This document shows positions 51,801 through 64,000 of a DNA stretch of 64,000 nt, piece after piece (the stretch's first letter is position 1; each line of letters starts with the position of its first letter). The stretch comes from Eledone cirrhosa (lineage: Eukaryota): NCBI GenBank assembly GCA_964016885.1, contig OZ024741.1, positions 381,486,001 to 381,550,000 of the forward strand, in the 5' to 3' direction. A program made the translations under genes and the position numbers. The notes beneath the pieces were generated by a model, which was given only the letters and a program-made list of their open reading frames with translations, ran no database searches and was not told where the DNA came from.

Positions 51801-54088
51801 GACTTGGACAAATCGCACAGGGTCATCCAGATCATATCTAGATAGAGTATTTTGTAGGGAAATAGATAGGTCTAACATAGGCTGTCCACAATTCAAGATA
51901 GTCAGCTACACGGACCACAAATTCGTGATCTGTGTGCTTGACTTAGATAGGCTTCATAGACGAGGACCCGGCTACTGGAAGCTAAACGCGTCCTTACCAG
52001 CGCGCAAGGCCTACAGATACCGGATTAGCGAACTAGTTAAGCGGGCGTTGACGGAGGCCATCGTCAACAACAAGTGGTGGTTTGCTTTGAAAAGAGCGAT
52101 TAGAATAGAATCCATAGTGGTTTAGTAAGGCTTTAGCAATAGAGAAAAATAGAGCAGACGGAGAACTAGTTAGAAAATTAGACGAGGCGGGCGCATGCTA
52201 CTCGATCCCAGGCAAATGTGTGAAGCTTTTCAGCGACACTTCGCACAGCCGTTCGTGGGCAGCGGCGGGCCGGATCGACAGATGGACTTTAATGTCGACG
52301 TCGACGAACTGCCGTGGCTCTAAACTACTGAGGCGCAGTGTTGCGATAAGACGATAACAGCAGCTGAAGTACGGTAGGCAATGACTGGCTGCACAAGGGG
52401 TAAATTGCCTAGTTTGGATGGTCCGCCCTATAAACTTTACGTACAGATGCCAGGCTTGTTCGGAGGGCTCTTGTCGGACGTCTACTGCAACTGGCAACAG
52501 AACGGCAGAATTCACAGCTCTGTGAACCGAGGAGCGGTGGTGCTGCAGAAAAAGGTACCATAAATGGCCCTAAACTCTGCTAAACACAGAGTTCAAGATA
52601 TTGGCCAAGGTGCTAAGAAAGAGGTTGTCGCTTGTCGTTGGTGGTCTGGTAGGAAATGCGCAGACATGTGCCATTATCGAAGATCCATCCACGACAACCT
52701 CCACCTCATGCGGTACATCGTAGAGAGGGTAGCTAGGGAACCTGGCACGGGTGGGTTCTTGATCAATTTAGATCAGTCGAAAGCTTTCGATAGGGTCGAC
52801 CATCATTATCTGGCGGCAGTCCTGAGGGCAGCTGGCTTTGGGCCCGTCGTCAGAGGCTGGATCTCTGCCATGCACAGCGGCATCTTCTCTGTGGTGAGAG
52901 TGAACAGTCACTTTTCGGAACCGTTCAACATCATGCGCTCGGTCCGCCAAGGACGTCCCGTCTCATCCCTGTTGTACGTATTGACTCTCGAGCCATTACT
53001 GCACAAACTGGAGACGTTGAGGGGCGTCCCGCGTCAACTCGGATGCGGAACATCCGTATCAGCATATGCGGACGATGTCACCGTAGTAGTGTCGAACGCC
53101 AAACACATCGAGACGATCGGAACTTCACTAAGAGAATACGAAGCGGTGACAGGAGCAATGATCAGCCAGGTAAAGTCAGTAGGCCTGCAGCTCGGCACCT
53201 GGAGAGGCAGGTCCATGCCGTCCAACAGCGTCGTCGGGCGCTGGCCAGATGGGCCGGTTAAATTGCTAGGGTTCTGGTTCGGTCCGGACCTCCAGACGGA
53301 CAAAAACTGGGACGACGTCTGGGCATGCCGTGGCTGATGATGCGCAGACACGCGCTCAGGCTACGACATCTCCACCTCTTCCTCGACGGTGATCATGTGT
53401 CGCGCCGTTTGCTAGACGCGTCTTTCTCCAGCTCGTCTCCTTGACGGAGCTGCAGTCCTCGGTCATGCGAAGACCTAGAGGGACTCTTGGAGACTGGAAT
53501 GTCTTCAGGCGCTCACAGCCCTCGACCAATCGGGCAATGTGATTGGTGGAAACTCTACCTCGGCGTTCTATAGATGATTAGTGGAGGGGAAGAGCGACGA
53601 CGTACTCGGGGAACTCTTGTCGTCGACGAAAATCAACTAGCCAATCTCTCCGGAAGAACTTTCGGGCCGGGGCCTATGTACAAAGTCCAGAAATCCCTGG
53701 CCTGGCAGTGCTACCGGGGAGCTTTGCCAGTTCGGGATAAATTCTACAGGCATGGAGGTGCCGTCAGCCGGGCATGTCCGAGATGCGCGCAGGTCTACGA
53801 AACCGTCCTGCACGCACTCGTCCAGTGTCCGAGCATTGCTGACTTGTGGGTTTATGTCGAACACCTGGGGTCGCGTGTAGGATGGATCCAGATATCGGCT
53901 GAGTCCATTGTGAGGATTGCCCGGCCCTCTTCCTTTAGCCGGGAAGAGCAGGCATTTTTTTTTTTTTTTTCGTTACATCCTCTGATTTTGTTTTTTACAC
54001 GCAGAAATGTCCATTTGTACCGTCCTGTATTGTCCTGTACTGTCCTTAATGTCTACTTTATGTAAACCCTTGTGGTTAATAAAGAAAA
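48867..54088 (+). mobile_element. Chimeric Tx1-like LINE: T3-type 5' UTR/ORF1 joined to T1-type ORF2/3' UTR, several internal deletions
   Basis: ORF1 starts at ATG 49085 and contains CFRCGSKTHLRAFC. The sequence switches to T1 type at ~51151, and ORF2 starts at ATG 51236. Deletions relative to T1b occur at ~52190, ~53318 and ~53960. Confidence 0.88.
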
Positions 54089-54219
54089 TATTATTATTAT
54101 TATTATTATTATTGTTATTATTATTATTAACTAAGTGGTGACACATGCATATGCCTTGATGGCAACGAAATTTAAGCATAAGATAATTTCTGTAGTAGTT
54201 GTTTGTATTTAGGATGATA

Positions 54220-54345
54220 AAGATAAGGAAGAAGAAGAATATGATGATGGTGATGATGATGATCATCATCACGATAATAATGATGATGATCATGATGATG
54301 CTGATTCCGAAGAGGAAAGAGAAGTGATGATGACGATGATGGGGA
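54220..54345 (+). repeat. Degenerate (GAT)n/(GAA)n microsatellite
   Basis: Read directly from the sequence. Confidence 0.85.
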
Positions 54346-56165
54346 GGAGGAATAGGAAGAGGGAAATAAAAATAGAATACTGTTAAAATTATGTAACTGA
54401 AACACAAAGCGTTGCATTCAATCGATCTGCTAAGCTATCATAATCAAAATAAGGATTACATGCTCGTAACATGTTCATTTAATAACTACGAAGAACTGTT
54501 AAACCATCTATATTAAAAGACATCAGGCAGCCAGTAAACAGCTTTTAGAGATATTGCAACCATTTCCTTTATCTACATCATAAAATACATGTATTAAAAT
54601 GAACTGCACTTTTTGGCGTGATACATTACACTGATGCTGACATGATGTAACGTGCTTCATCATGGAAAAAAAACGCGCTTTCATTAAGTGCACTATGCAA
54701 AGCTAATACATAAACTTCTAAAGATTGATTTTTCATGGACATTTATATAGGAATGTGTAATACATTACGCATCATGGATTTCTTGCTCTTTTATTTTAAA
54801 TGCTTTCCATTGTTAATTCTGTTAGTAAGAAGTAGCCATTCTCAATGCTTTTTTCTACATCAAACCTTTATAGAACCTAATAAATCAATAAAGAATGGAC
54901 TAAGGTCTTTATATTTGAAGCGTACATATACAAGTAGAATAGAAATTTTCTCAACGATCGTCTACGTGAAATGAGACAAGTAACTATTTATTTCCCCGTC
55001 ACTCAAATGCATCAAAGCCATGCATATTATTTAAACATGGGACACATGATCCACGATTCTAGTGTTTTATCCACGCAAAACATTCGCTTCGAAATTGGCA
55101 AATAAACTGGAGAGGAAAATGTGATCAACCCATCTCTTTATCCGTTTTTCGTAAATATTATTTATAAATATTGATTATTACTATTTTCAGATGCGTTGGG
55201 ACGTCTTATATTGCTATATTGACCAATTGATGCATTACTGTCACGTAACCCATCAAAATATATTGTCAGGCTTTCTGTTTGATAATGTTTCGTAATTTCC
55301 TTGCAGTTTTAATATGTAAGGCATGTGGAGGTTTACACTATATACGCGAATATAAGTCGATCCCACTTTCTTATTTCTGAGATATTGACAAAACTCCTAC
55401 GAAGAATTTGGAGTTGGGGAAAATTGTCAAAATATTGGTTCCAAATAAAAGCTGATACCCCCTTACTGACATCAATTTTTGTTCACATATTCCACGTCTT
55501 ATATCCAAATATTCACGATGTATGCCGACACCACCGGAGAGATTTAAATATCTGAATTCACCTGATTATGCAGAAGAACATAAATACGTTCTCGTCCCTA
55601 CAAAATCTAAGGCTATTGCAAGCCATGCTAATGTTATGTGATATATCGTGTCAGTCAATACACCAAATAAATGCATATACGTAATAGTGGTTACCTGATT
55701 CTATTAAACATGGATTTGTTTATCAAGTCCCGATTTTTAAAAACATTCAAGATATTCAGTTCCAGGAAATCATAAATATGTACATCTTGTGTTTTGCGGT
55801 TTTTGAAAATGAGCTATTTATATAGTTTATGTAGATTTTCTGCAAATAAGTTTGGTTTCGACATGCACTGCTCAAAATCTTAATGAATTTCCCGAAAGAA
55901 AACGATAGGAGAGTGATAACCGATTTAAGACCTTCGGTATAATTACAGTCAAGAATATGTGTAATTGAAACACGTAGTGTTGACACATCATTCGGGAATA
56001 TAGTTGTAGGTGCAAATGTTTTTAAATTCTGTCATGAATCTCAATAATCTCCTAACAAGTATATACTCTTATGTAAATCAAGATGTACATGTGATGGTGT
56101 TGATTTCCATAGAAATATGGAAAACTAACGTGATCTTATAGACGGGTCCAATATTTATAAATAAA

Positions 56166-56325
56166 TGTTTCTACTTTTGGTACAAGGCCAGCAATTATCC
56201 ACTACATTACTGGTACTTTATATTATCGACACCGTAGGTATGAAAGGCAAAGTTAATCTCGACGGGATTTGAACTCAGACCGTAATGGGATGTAACTATG
56301 CTGGAAAGCATGGCGTCCAACCCTA
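56166..56325 (-). mobile_element. Degenerate tRNA-derived SINE
   Basis: Minus-strand B box 'GAGTTCAAATCCC' (56264-56276), then 'ctttgcctttcat...gtcgataa...taaagtaccag', ending in 'gctggccttgtaccaaaagtagaaac', which is shared with 3023-3053. Confidence 0.7.
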
Positions 56326-56604
56326 TATTTATTAATAATTGTATGTCTAATAGAAATGCCATAACAAAATACATACGCATGATGACTGAAATCGAATCGG
56401 ACTGCTTTTATAGATATCAGTGCTCAATACAATTGTTGAGATATTACCAAATGTATTTTCATGCCAATTCACCGACAGAGAAGAGAGGGTTTCAATATTG
56501 TTTGAGAAGATCATTTGTATTCAATGTCCTTGTGAATATATATGTATATAAATGATTCGACTTTTGTAACATTTTAAGCACATTTATGCTTCCTGAAATG
56601 ATAT

Positions 56605-56753
56605 ATATGTGTGTGAGTGTATAATTGTGTGTGATTGTTTGTGATTGTGTGTGATTGTGTGTGTGTGTGTGTGTGTGTGCGTACGTCTGTGTGTGTGTGT
56701 GTGCATGTGTGCGTGAGTGTGTGCGTGCGTGTATATATATATATATATATATA

Positions 56754-56784
<31 letters not shown>

Positions 56785-56787
56785 GTT
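56605..56787 (+). repeat. Compound (GT)n(TA)n(TTA)n microsatellite
   Basis: Read directly from the sequence. Confidence 0.95.
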
Positions 56788-59700
56788 CTTTGAATCTCAA
56801 TCATTGGTGTTGTATAACTGGAAAGTTTGTTGAAATTTACATCAAGTCAATATCTGCAGCCTCAGCTGTTCAGGACGTATTGGAGGGTTCTTGCTGTTCC
56901 CAGCAAGCATGCCTTTTGAAGTGTTCCAAAAAGTGGGGCTGGACCAATTTTCTTTAACCATCATTGGAAACGCTTTGAGATAGTACCTAGTGCGCCTATG
57001 ACAATCGGGACCACTTTGACTTCATGGCATTTTCAAATCCTTTTTACCTCCCACTTTCAGTCCTGATATCGGTTAATTTTCTCCCTCTCCTTCTCTTGCA
57101 CTCTCGTGTCGAATGGGCAGGCTACATCCACGATCAGGCACGATCTTCTTTCCTTGTCCAAAACCACAAGGTCAGGTCTATTGTGTTCCAGTTTCTTGTC
57201 CGTCTGTATCCTAAAATCCCACAGCACGTTCACCTGATCGTTTTCTATTACCGACTCAATCTTATGCTCATACCACTTCTCGGAATGTGGTAAATTGTTT
57301 ACTTTGCATCGGTGCCCGTGAGTCACCCTGCCCATCACATCATATCTCCAGCCTTTATAGTGAGTCTGGGCTATGTGTCCACACTCTAATACAATGTGAA
57401 CCACAGTCTCCTCGCTCTCTCCACAGATTCTACACTGTTAGCTAGCCTCCTCCATGTAAATATGGTGTTTCATCCACTTCGTTTTGAGGGCCTGTTCTTG
57501 CGCTGCCATTAGCATTCCTTCGGTAGCCTTTTTAAGGTCTCCTCTTTTCAACCAATTCCATGTCTGTGGATCTCTAAATTCAGTTTTATCAAAGAAGGTA
57601 TTATGAAGGGATTTTTCATGAAGGTTGCTCTTCCTTCTTGTTGTTATTTCCTACTTGGACATCCCTGGTCTATTGTCCTCTCTATCAGTACAAGTCTGAG
57701 CATTGGCTCCTTACTATCAGTCACGTATTTGTGTAGGTTGTTTTTCTCCATCTGAACACAGTCCTCTATGCTGATAAGACCTCTTCCTACTTCAGATCTC
57801 CTTCGACATCACTCCTCTTGTCGAACATGTTGTAGATAGTCAATAGCATCCTAGTCTTTCTCTCCATTTCTTTTTGTTCAGCAACATTCCATCTCAGAAT
57901 TCCCGCACTGTACCTAATAATAGACACAGCTCGGAAATTTACTGCACTTATGACATTCCTACTGTTCAGATGTGACTTTAATACGCTTCTTACTCTCCGA
58001 ATGTATTCAGATCTAATCAATTTCCTTCATTTTTTTGTTCTAGATGTCATCAGCCTCCAGAACACCCAAATACTTGTATCCTTCTTCAGTGTCAATTTCC
58101 TTTATCATCTCACCTGTTGGTACCTGGATTCCGTTGCTTCTGCTCAATTTACCCCTCTTCACACAAGGACTCCACACTTACTAATACCAAATTGCATACA
58201 TATATCATTGCTGAAAATACGGACAGTGTCAACAAGCACATCCAACTGCTTCTCACTATACCGGAAGAGCTTAAGATCGTCCATGAAGAGGAGGTGATTG
58301 ATGGTAAGCTCTCCCTTTCCCAACTTGTATCCTGCTCTCATTTTTCGCAGTATAATGGTCAGGGGCATCAGGGCAAGGACAAACAACAGAGGGGACAGAC
58401 TATCTTCCTAGAAGATAACTCTCTTGATCTTCACGCCTCCCAAGGATCCTCCAGCTGATTTTAACTCTGTTTTCCAGGACTTAATACTTTTGCCCAACAA
58501 CTGTCTGATGTTATCTGCCACCTTGAAGATCTCCAGGCTTTTGGTGATCCAAGAATGAGGCACCATGTCAAATGCTTTTGTGTAGTCTATCCAACCCATG
58601 GCAAGACCAGTGTGTCTCCTCTTGCAATCTTATCAATAAGTAACTGGTCCTTTGTACCACGGGACTTTTTCGGCATCCTTTCTGTTCGTCCGGTAACAAG
58701 TTGTTTGTGTGGAGGTGATGGTAGATTTCCTCAGACATAATGCTTGTCAACAGTTTCTGCATTACGGACAGACATGTGATAGGTCTATAGTTGGTAACAT
58801 CATTAACCTTGATTCTGTCCTTCATTATCAGAACTGTGGTACCTTTTGTCAACCACTCTGGTACCTCCCCTGACATCAAGCAGTCATTGAACATGGTTGT
58901 CAGTTTCGGGTGGAGGGATGTTATATTTTTAATCCAATACCGCTGCACACCATCTGGGCCTGGTGATTTCCAGTTGGTTAGTTTTTTAGCCTGCCCGTTA
59001 AGAGTTTCAACTGTGATACTCAAATCAGTTTGTTGGTGTGCCTGTTCACTAATCTCCTTCTGTACTGTCTCAATCCACACTGCCTGGTCATTATGATTAA
59101 CATCATGCTCCCATATTCCTCTCTAGAATGTTTTAGTTTGTTCCGCCTCAGGTATCAAGTCGTTGCCTCTTTCTTTCCCTTCAAGCTGTCCAAACAGCAT
59201 CTTATGGTTGTTGTCGAAGAATGCGATTCTATCTATACTGACTGACTCTGTTCTCGTATCGCCTGATTTTTGCACTCTTTGCTACAATGCGTTGCTTCAG
59301 TTCCTCTATGATAATATTTAGCTTTTTCCTCCTAGTTTTGTACTTTATTTCCAGTCTATTTTTAGTGTTTATGTTTTTTAGTGTCCCATTCAGTAGGGAC
59401 TCAAGCTTTCCAATGTCATTTCTCATTTCCCTGATTTGACCACTCAGTCGTTTCTTCCACCAAGGCTCTGCTCTTTCTTGTCTGTTGTTTCCTCTCGCTT
59501 TTATACCAAGTAGTTTCCTCACCGTATTTGCTGTTGCTTTGAGGATATTGTTGCACTGGTGAAGGCTCCTCGCTTCAAGGTATGGGATGACTTTCTTTAC
59601 CGTAGCTGTTGTTTCTTTTAACTTTTTCCTGTCTGCAAATCTTAGGTTCATAGGTCTCTCACTATCATTGTTCAATTCATCTACCACTAAGTTTAAGATA

Positions 59701-60990
59701 TCAACCAAATCTTGTCCTAGCCTGCCAGCATTCATCTCCTCAGTGGCCGTATCTCTGTTCCAGGTATTATTTATCTCAGCATTCAGATCATTGTCTGCTT
59801 CGGTTGGTTCCTCCGTTCTCTCGACCTCTTCACCTTCATTTCCCACTGGTTCGTTTGCCTGGCATACTCCGCCCTCCATCTCCAAGCTAATCTCTCTGCT
59901 CATGTCCTCCAGTTCCAGCTCGCTTATCCACCCATTAGTTCTTATTACCCGAGCCTGCCCGGCCAATTTTTGTTCATCTAATTTAAATAGGCCAATCTCG
60001 TTTCAGATGTTATGCATCCGTTTCCTATAGCCTTTCCCCTTGGGGTTACTCTTCAGGTAACATTGCATACAGTTCTATTCAATTCTTTCGTCCAGTTGGT
60101 TCTGGTCCCTTTCCTTCTTCTTCTTCCTCCGACACCAGCAGTATTTGGTTGACAGCCAGGTCCCTGCTGCTGAGCCAGGGAGCACCTGTTGGGTGAGAGT
60201 CTGTCACATGACATTCTAGTCTCCATTTCACCGTTATTCGAACTGTTTAGGTTCGACATTTAAACACTCTTATCGAGGATTGGCGAATGCATGGTTACAT
60301 AACCACCGGTGATTTCATCACTCTGGTGATTTAGTCACTCCCGGTGATTTTTGTGTGGCATTATCACACTGTAGACGAGCATAAATAAACAAACAAACAA
60401 ACAGGCAAAAAAACCCCCCAAAATGAATAAGCATAATTTTCATTGTAATGTAATGTTTGAATGTCTGACTTAGTTTTTCCCTTCCTTTCTCTGTCCGTCT
60501 GTTTGTTTTTCTCTTCATTTTTCTTTTTTTTTACGTTTTTCGTTGTTGCTGTGCTGGTTTGATTTTGAATTTTGTTTTTTTGATTTTGACCGGGTCATCA
60601 ATTCAGTCTATTTATATATGTTGATGCCTTCCTCCTTTAGTGGGGACACTATGATGTAGCAGGCGGTAGCGGGAGAGAATAGCGGCGGTAGTGATAATGA
60701 GGCAGTGGTGGTGGTGGTGGTGGTGGCGGTTCTGTGCTAGCAGCACGTAGCAGGACGTTGTGGGAGAGATAAGGCGGCGGTAGCGATAATGAGGCAGTGG
60801 TGTTGGTGATGTGATCGTAGTACTGTAGTGATGGTGTTGAAGTTGCAGTAGACTTGACCAGAGTTTTCATCGTTGTAGTGGTGGTGGTGTTGGTGGTGAA
60901 ATTATCTTTAGCTATTTAGCTATTTAGTAATTTTGCCATTTTTCTCCTTTTCGACTCTAACATTCCTGATCCAAAATTAAATATTAATCT
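56788..60990 (-). mobile_element. R4/Dong-like family F1 copy D, near full length, multiply frameshifted
   Basis: ORF pieces 60053-60259, 59229-59966, 58568-59080, 58408-58599, 58159-58386 (LFMDDLKL), 57787-58020 and 57057-57404 (RLE). The leader matches copy A up to 'gatccaaaattaa'. Confidence 0.9.
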
Positions 60991-61064
60991 TTTTTATTAA
61001 TATTATCTAGTGATACCGCCACCTTCCCCTTTCGTAACTTAACAGAAGTTAATGAGGGAATAGC

Positions 61065-61467
61065 TGTGGTAGCAATGAAGGAGTGGTGGCGGCGGTGATG
61101 GGATAGTGGTAGTAATGATGGATGGGTGGTGGCGGCGATGACTGTGGTGATGGCGTTGTCGTTACTGAGTTTTGTTGAATAGACTTATTTTTGTTTGATC
61201 GGTGAATCTATGGGGTTAGTTGCGTATATGTGTTGACATATTTTTCTTAATATTGGAATTAAACATTTTGTGAAGACTTGAGACAATAATAATAGTAATT
61301 ATAATTATTATGGTGGGATTGGTGGTGAAATTGCCGTTATCTGGCTGTTGTATTTAGTGTACACAGAGGAGTGATGGGGTAGGTGGTGTATCTAGTTTGT
61401 GGTGTTGGTGAAATTGCTGTTATTTGGCTGTTCTATATAGTGTAGACAGAGGGGGTTTTCTTCCATT
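61065..61467 (-). mobile_element. Piece of copy-B-type R4 5' leader
   Basis: Matches 12770-12990 ('gaaggagtggtggcggcggtgatgggatagtgg', 'gaaattgccgttatctggctgttg', 'ggctgttctatatagtgtagacagagg'). Confidence 0.75.
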
Positions 61468-61477
61468 ATCATTATCA

Positions 61478-61509
<32 letters not shown>

Positions 61510-64000
61510 GGCGACCTACGTAGTAAATCGTATCATCGTGAGCTCTGCAAAGATTTGTTGTTTTCGTTTGTTTAAAATTGCCATTCATGGAAAATTTTTA
61601 TTGTTAACTGTATATAATTGCACATACATTGTTTTCGGAAAAGGACACTCAAAAAGATTGGGGCGTTGAGTCCAAAATTTAAACTTCCTGACAAACTAAC
61701 ACCTCACACCGACACCACCATTGTAAATATTACTACGTTTGCCAACACTAAAAATATAAGCAGTAGCAATATTTTTAATTTGTCTCAGGCAGACATTCAT
61801 TTCCCGCCATTACCAATGACTGCAGATGTTAAAGCCGCCACCACAACCACCACCGCGACAACCCCCACCACAACCACCACTGCGACAACAGAAACAAAAG
61901 AAAAAAATAAATTAACTCGTGATATCGAAATAAATTCAACCATAATGAACTCTTCCACACCGAACACCACTGACGCCACCACCACCACAAATGAAACTAA
62001 AATTAATAACAAAAATACCGATAACATCAACAGTGCGAAGCATTCTAGGTAACTCAGGAGGAATTAGAAGAAGCCCAAAAAATGGTAAAGAAAGATGGTA
62101 CAGAGTCAGCCCCCCCCCACACACACACCTAATAAAATGGAGCATCGGCGCCTATGCACCATCTCGAACAATTAATATAAAATCGCGCCGAGTGGAACGG
62201 GCATCCGAGTCCCAAATCCAAAAAGCGTTGGGACATGTGTGGCCAAAAAAAACACACATCAGACTTGGGCTGAAGTATGGAACCGTGGAGTGTTCTTTGA
62301 AACACCACAGGAGGCTAGAGAACACTCCATGACCCCATTAAGAAGTAACGACTTCACACTCGTCCCAAGCTATTGTGGCCAGAGACTCGTGAAGACCAGG
62401 GTCACCCACGTTCCACCGGCCATCGAAATTCCCTGGCTAATAGCTGCCGTCCTCGCCGGCATCGAAGCCAACACCAAGATAATAGCAATAGCGAAAGAAA
62501 AGCAGGAGAACTGGTCTGGATCTGGGATGGAGCTCCTGATCCAAGCGGACCAAAAAAGCATTGAGGAGATCCCAGAGGTAATAGACCTCACTGACGGCAG
62601 CCACCTCACCGTAATTGTCGAGGGCAGAAGGCCTAGGTGTGTCGTTTGTGGTGAAGGAACCCACCTAAGGGCTTCCCTACCCTCAGGCTAAAAGGTTGAG
62701 GCCACCTCTCCTACCGACCCTAGTGATTCAACCAACAACACCTCCAGCAGCAGAGATGGCAGCAACAACTGTAGCAGCAACAACAGAAGCAACTGTAACA
62801 GCATCGACCCCAGCAACAGTAGCAAAACCAACACCACCACCACCCAACGCACCAGAACTAGCACCAGCGCCTACATCACCCACCACGCCACAACCAAACC
62901 CAACGCCTGTGGAGGATTTTCCAGTCCCCGGCGTATCACAACTGGAGACAGATTGTGATGACGAGGAGTGGGAAACGGTATCAAGATAAAAGAAAATAAG
63001 AAACCAAAAAAGAAAAAAATTCTCTTCCTTCCCCCTCCAAAAACAAAATACAGAGGGAAACAAATAAACTATCAAACAGATAAGTTAGGACAGATATGCC
63101 ACCGTCCACACCAGCATCACCAACCTCATCACCACAAACACCAGCACCATCACCATCATTAACCCCAACACCACCATCACCAACATCACAAAAGTCACCA
63201 AAAACGAAACAGAAAAAACCCCACAACAAACACAAACAAAACAAAACAAACAAAACGATACACACTACACAGCATTAAATTTGAACAACAACGAATTATT
63301 ACACTACATCCAACACAACACCAGCATCACAGAAAAAGACAACACAACACCCAAAAGTTCACACCACTTCCACACATACAAATCACTCGCATCACACAGA
63401 AAACGTACACGACACTAAAACAAAAATTCCCCAAAGACATCGGAGACTTCCAACAAACACTCTCCAGGAGGATTTATAAGGACACCTTCCGGAGGAGGCC
63501 ACAAGCAGTGAAAAGGATGGACAAACCATGCTTCCTCTACGAGAAGTAAGGTAAGTGGTCTTTCCCATCTTTTCCACTCCATTTCAACATGACATCATTC
63601 AGAATAGGCAGCATAAATGCTCGTGCCTTGAGGTCGTCATGGAAGCAGCGCCACCTGCTCAACGACCTCAGGTCACTAAACATAGATGTAGTGGCCATCA
63701 GCGAGACCAGAATCTCCGAAGCACGGGCCTTCGCACCGATCTTCGGCGGCTACGATGTGTACGCATATCCCAGCCGTCCGGGATCGGGGGGTGGAGTTGC
63801 TGTGCTTTTTTGGAGAGGTTTGGATCTCACCATACGGGCCATCTTCCTGGACCCAGAAGGTGCTAGACGTGACCGACGGGCAAGCTTTCAGGCTAGTGGC
63901 CGTCTATAGCCCAACAGGAGCAGGGCGACCTGATTTCTTCCGGCGTTTGGATAACTTTCTTGGAACGTCCCGCTCTTTAGTGTTAGAGGGCGACTGGAAC
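61510..64000 (+). mobile_element. Tx1-like LINE subfamily T1 copy c (5' part; runs off the window)
   Basis: T1 5' end, ORF1 pieces 61618-63550 with CVVCGEGTHLRA, and an ORF2 start at 63589 (MTSFRIGSINARAL). Confidence 0.9.

Noticed and set aside
54400-56160. Unique AT-rich stretch with faint protocadherin-like words (e.g. ORF 55756-55986, 'FIKIL')
   Set aside because: No DxNDN, LDRE or DxD motifs, and the similarity is too weak to call by eye.

Overview
AT-rich, microsatellite-rich eukaryotic (animal) genomic DNA with no supportable host gene; the repeat style suggests a mollusc or cephalopod, which is an inference. Roughly three quarters of the window is non-LTR retrotransposons packed end to end and separated by short (TTA)n tracts. 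Two unrelated clades are present with strict, opposite polarity. R4/Dong-like elements (single ORF: N-terminal domain, RT, CCHC, restriction-like endonuclease) are always on the minus strand, and three families can be told apart. Tx1-like LINEs (ORF1 with a CX2CX4HX4C knuckle; ORF2 APE-RT-zf) are always on the plus strand, with four different 5' ends. They form clusters at about 2.8-24.8, 33.6-38.2, 39.2-54.1 and 56.8-64 kb. Every copy is disrupted; the least damaged (8689-13222) keeps its frame but has three nonsense codons. The window also holds a ~4 kb non-autonomous Helitron carrying a GC-rich minisatellite, a 1.3 kb tandem duplication with Helitron-like 3' ends, a ~300 bp inverted repeat pair, a 170 bp hairpin, an RTE-like remnant and tRNA-SINE pieces. 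The most interesting signals are: a shared (TTA/TAA)n target used in opposite orientations by APE- and RLE-encoding elements; a common 5' leader architecture in both clades; a conserved GGTAAGTG splice-donor-like motif at the Tx1 ORF1/ORF2 junction; and a chimeric Tx1 copy. All alignments were made by eye.
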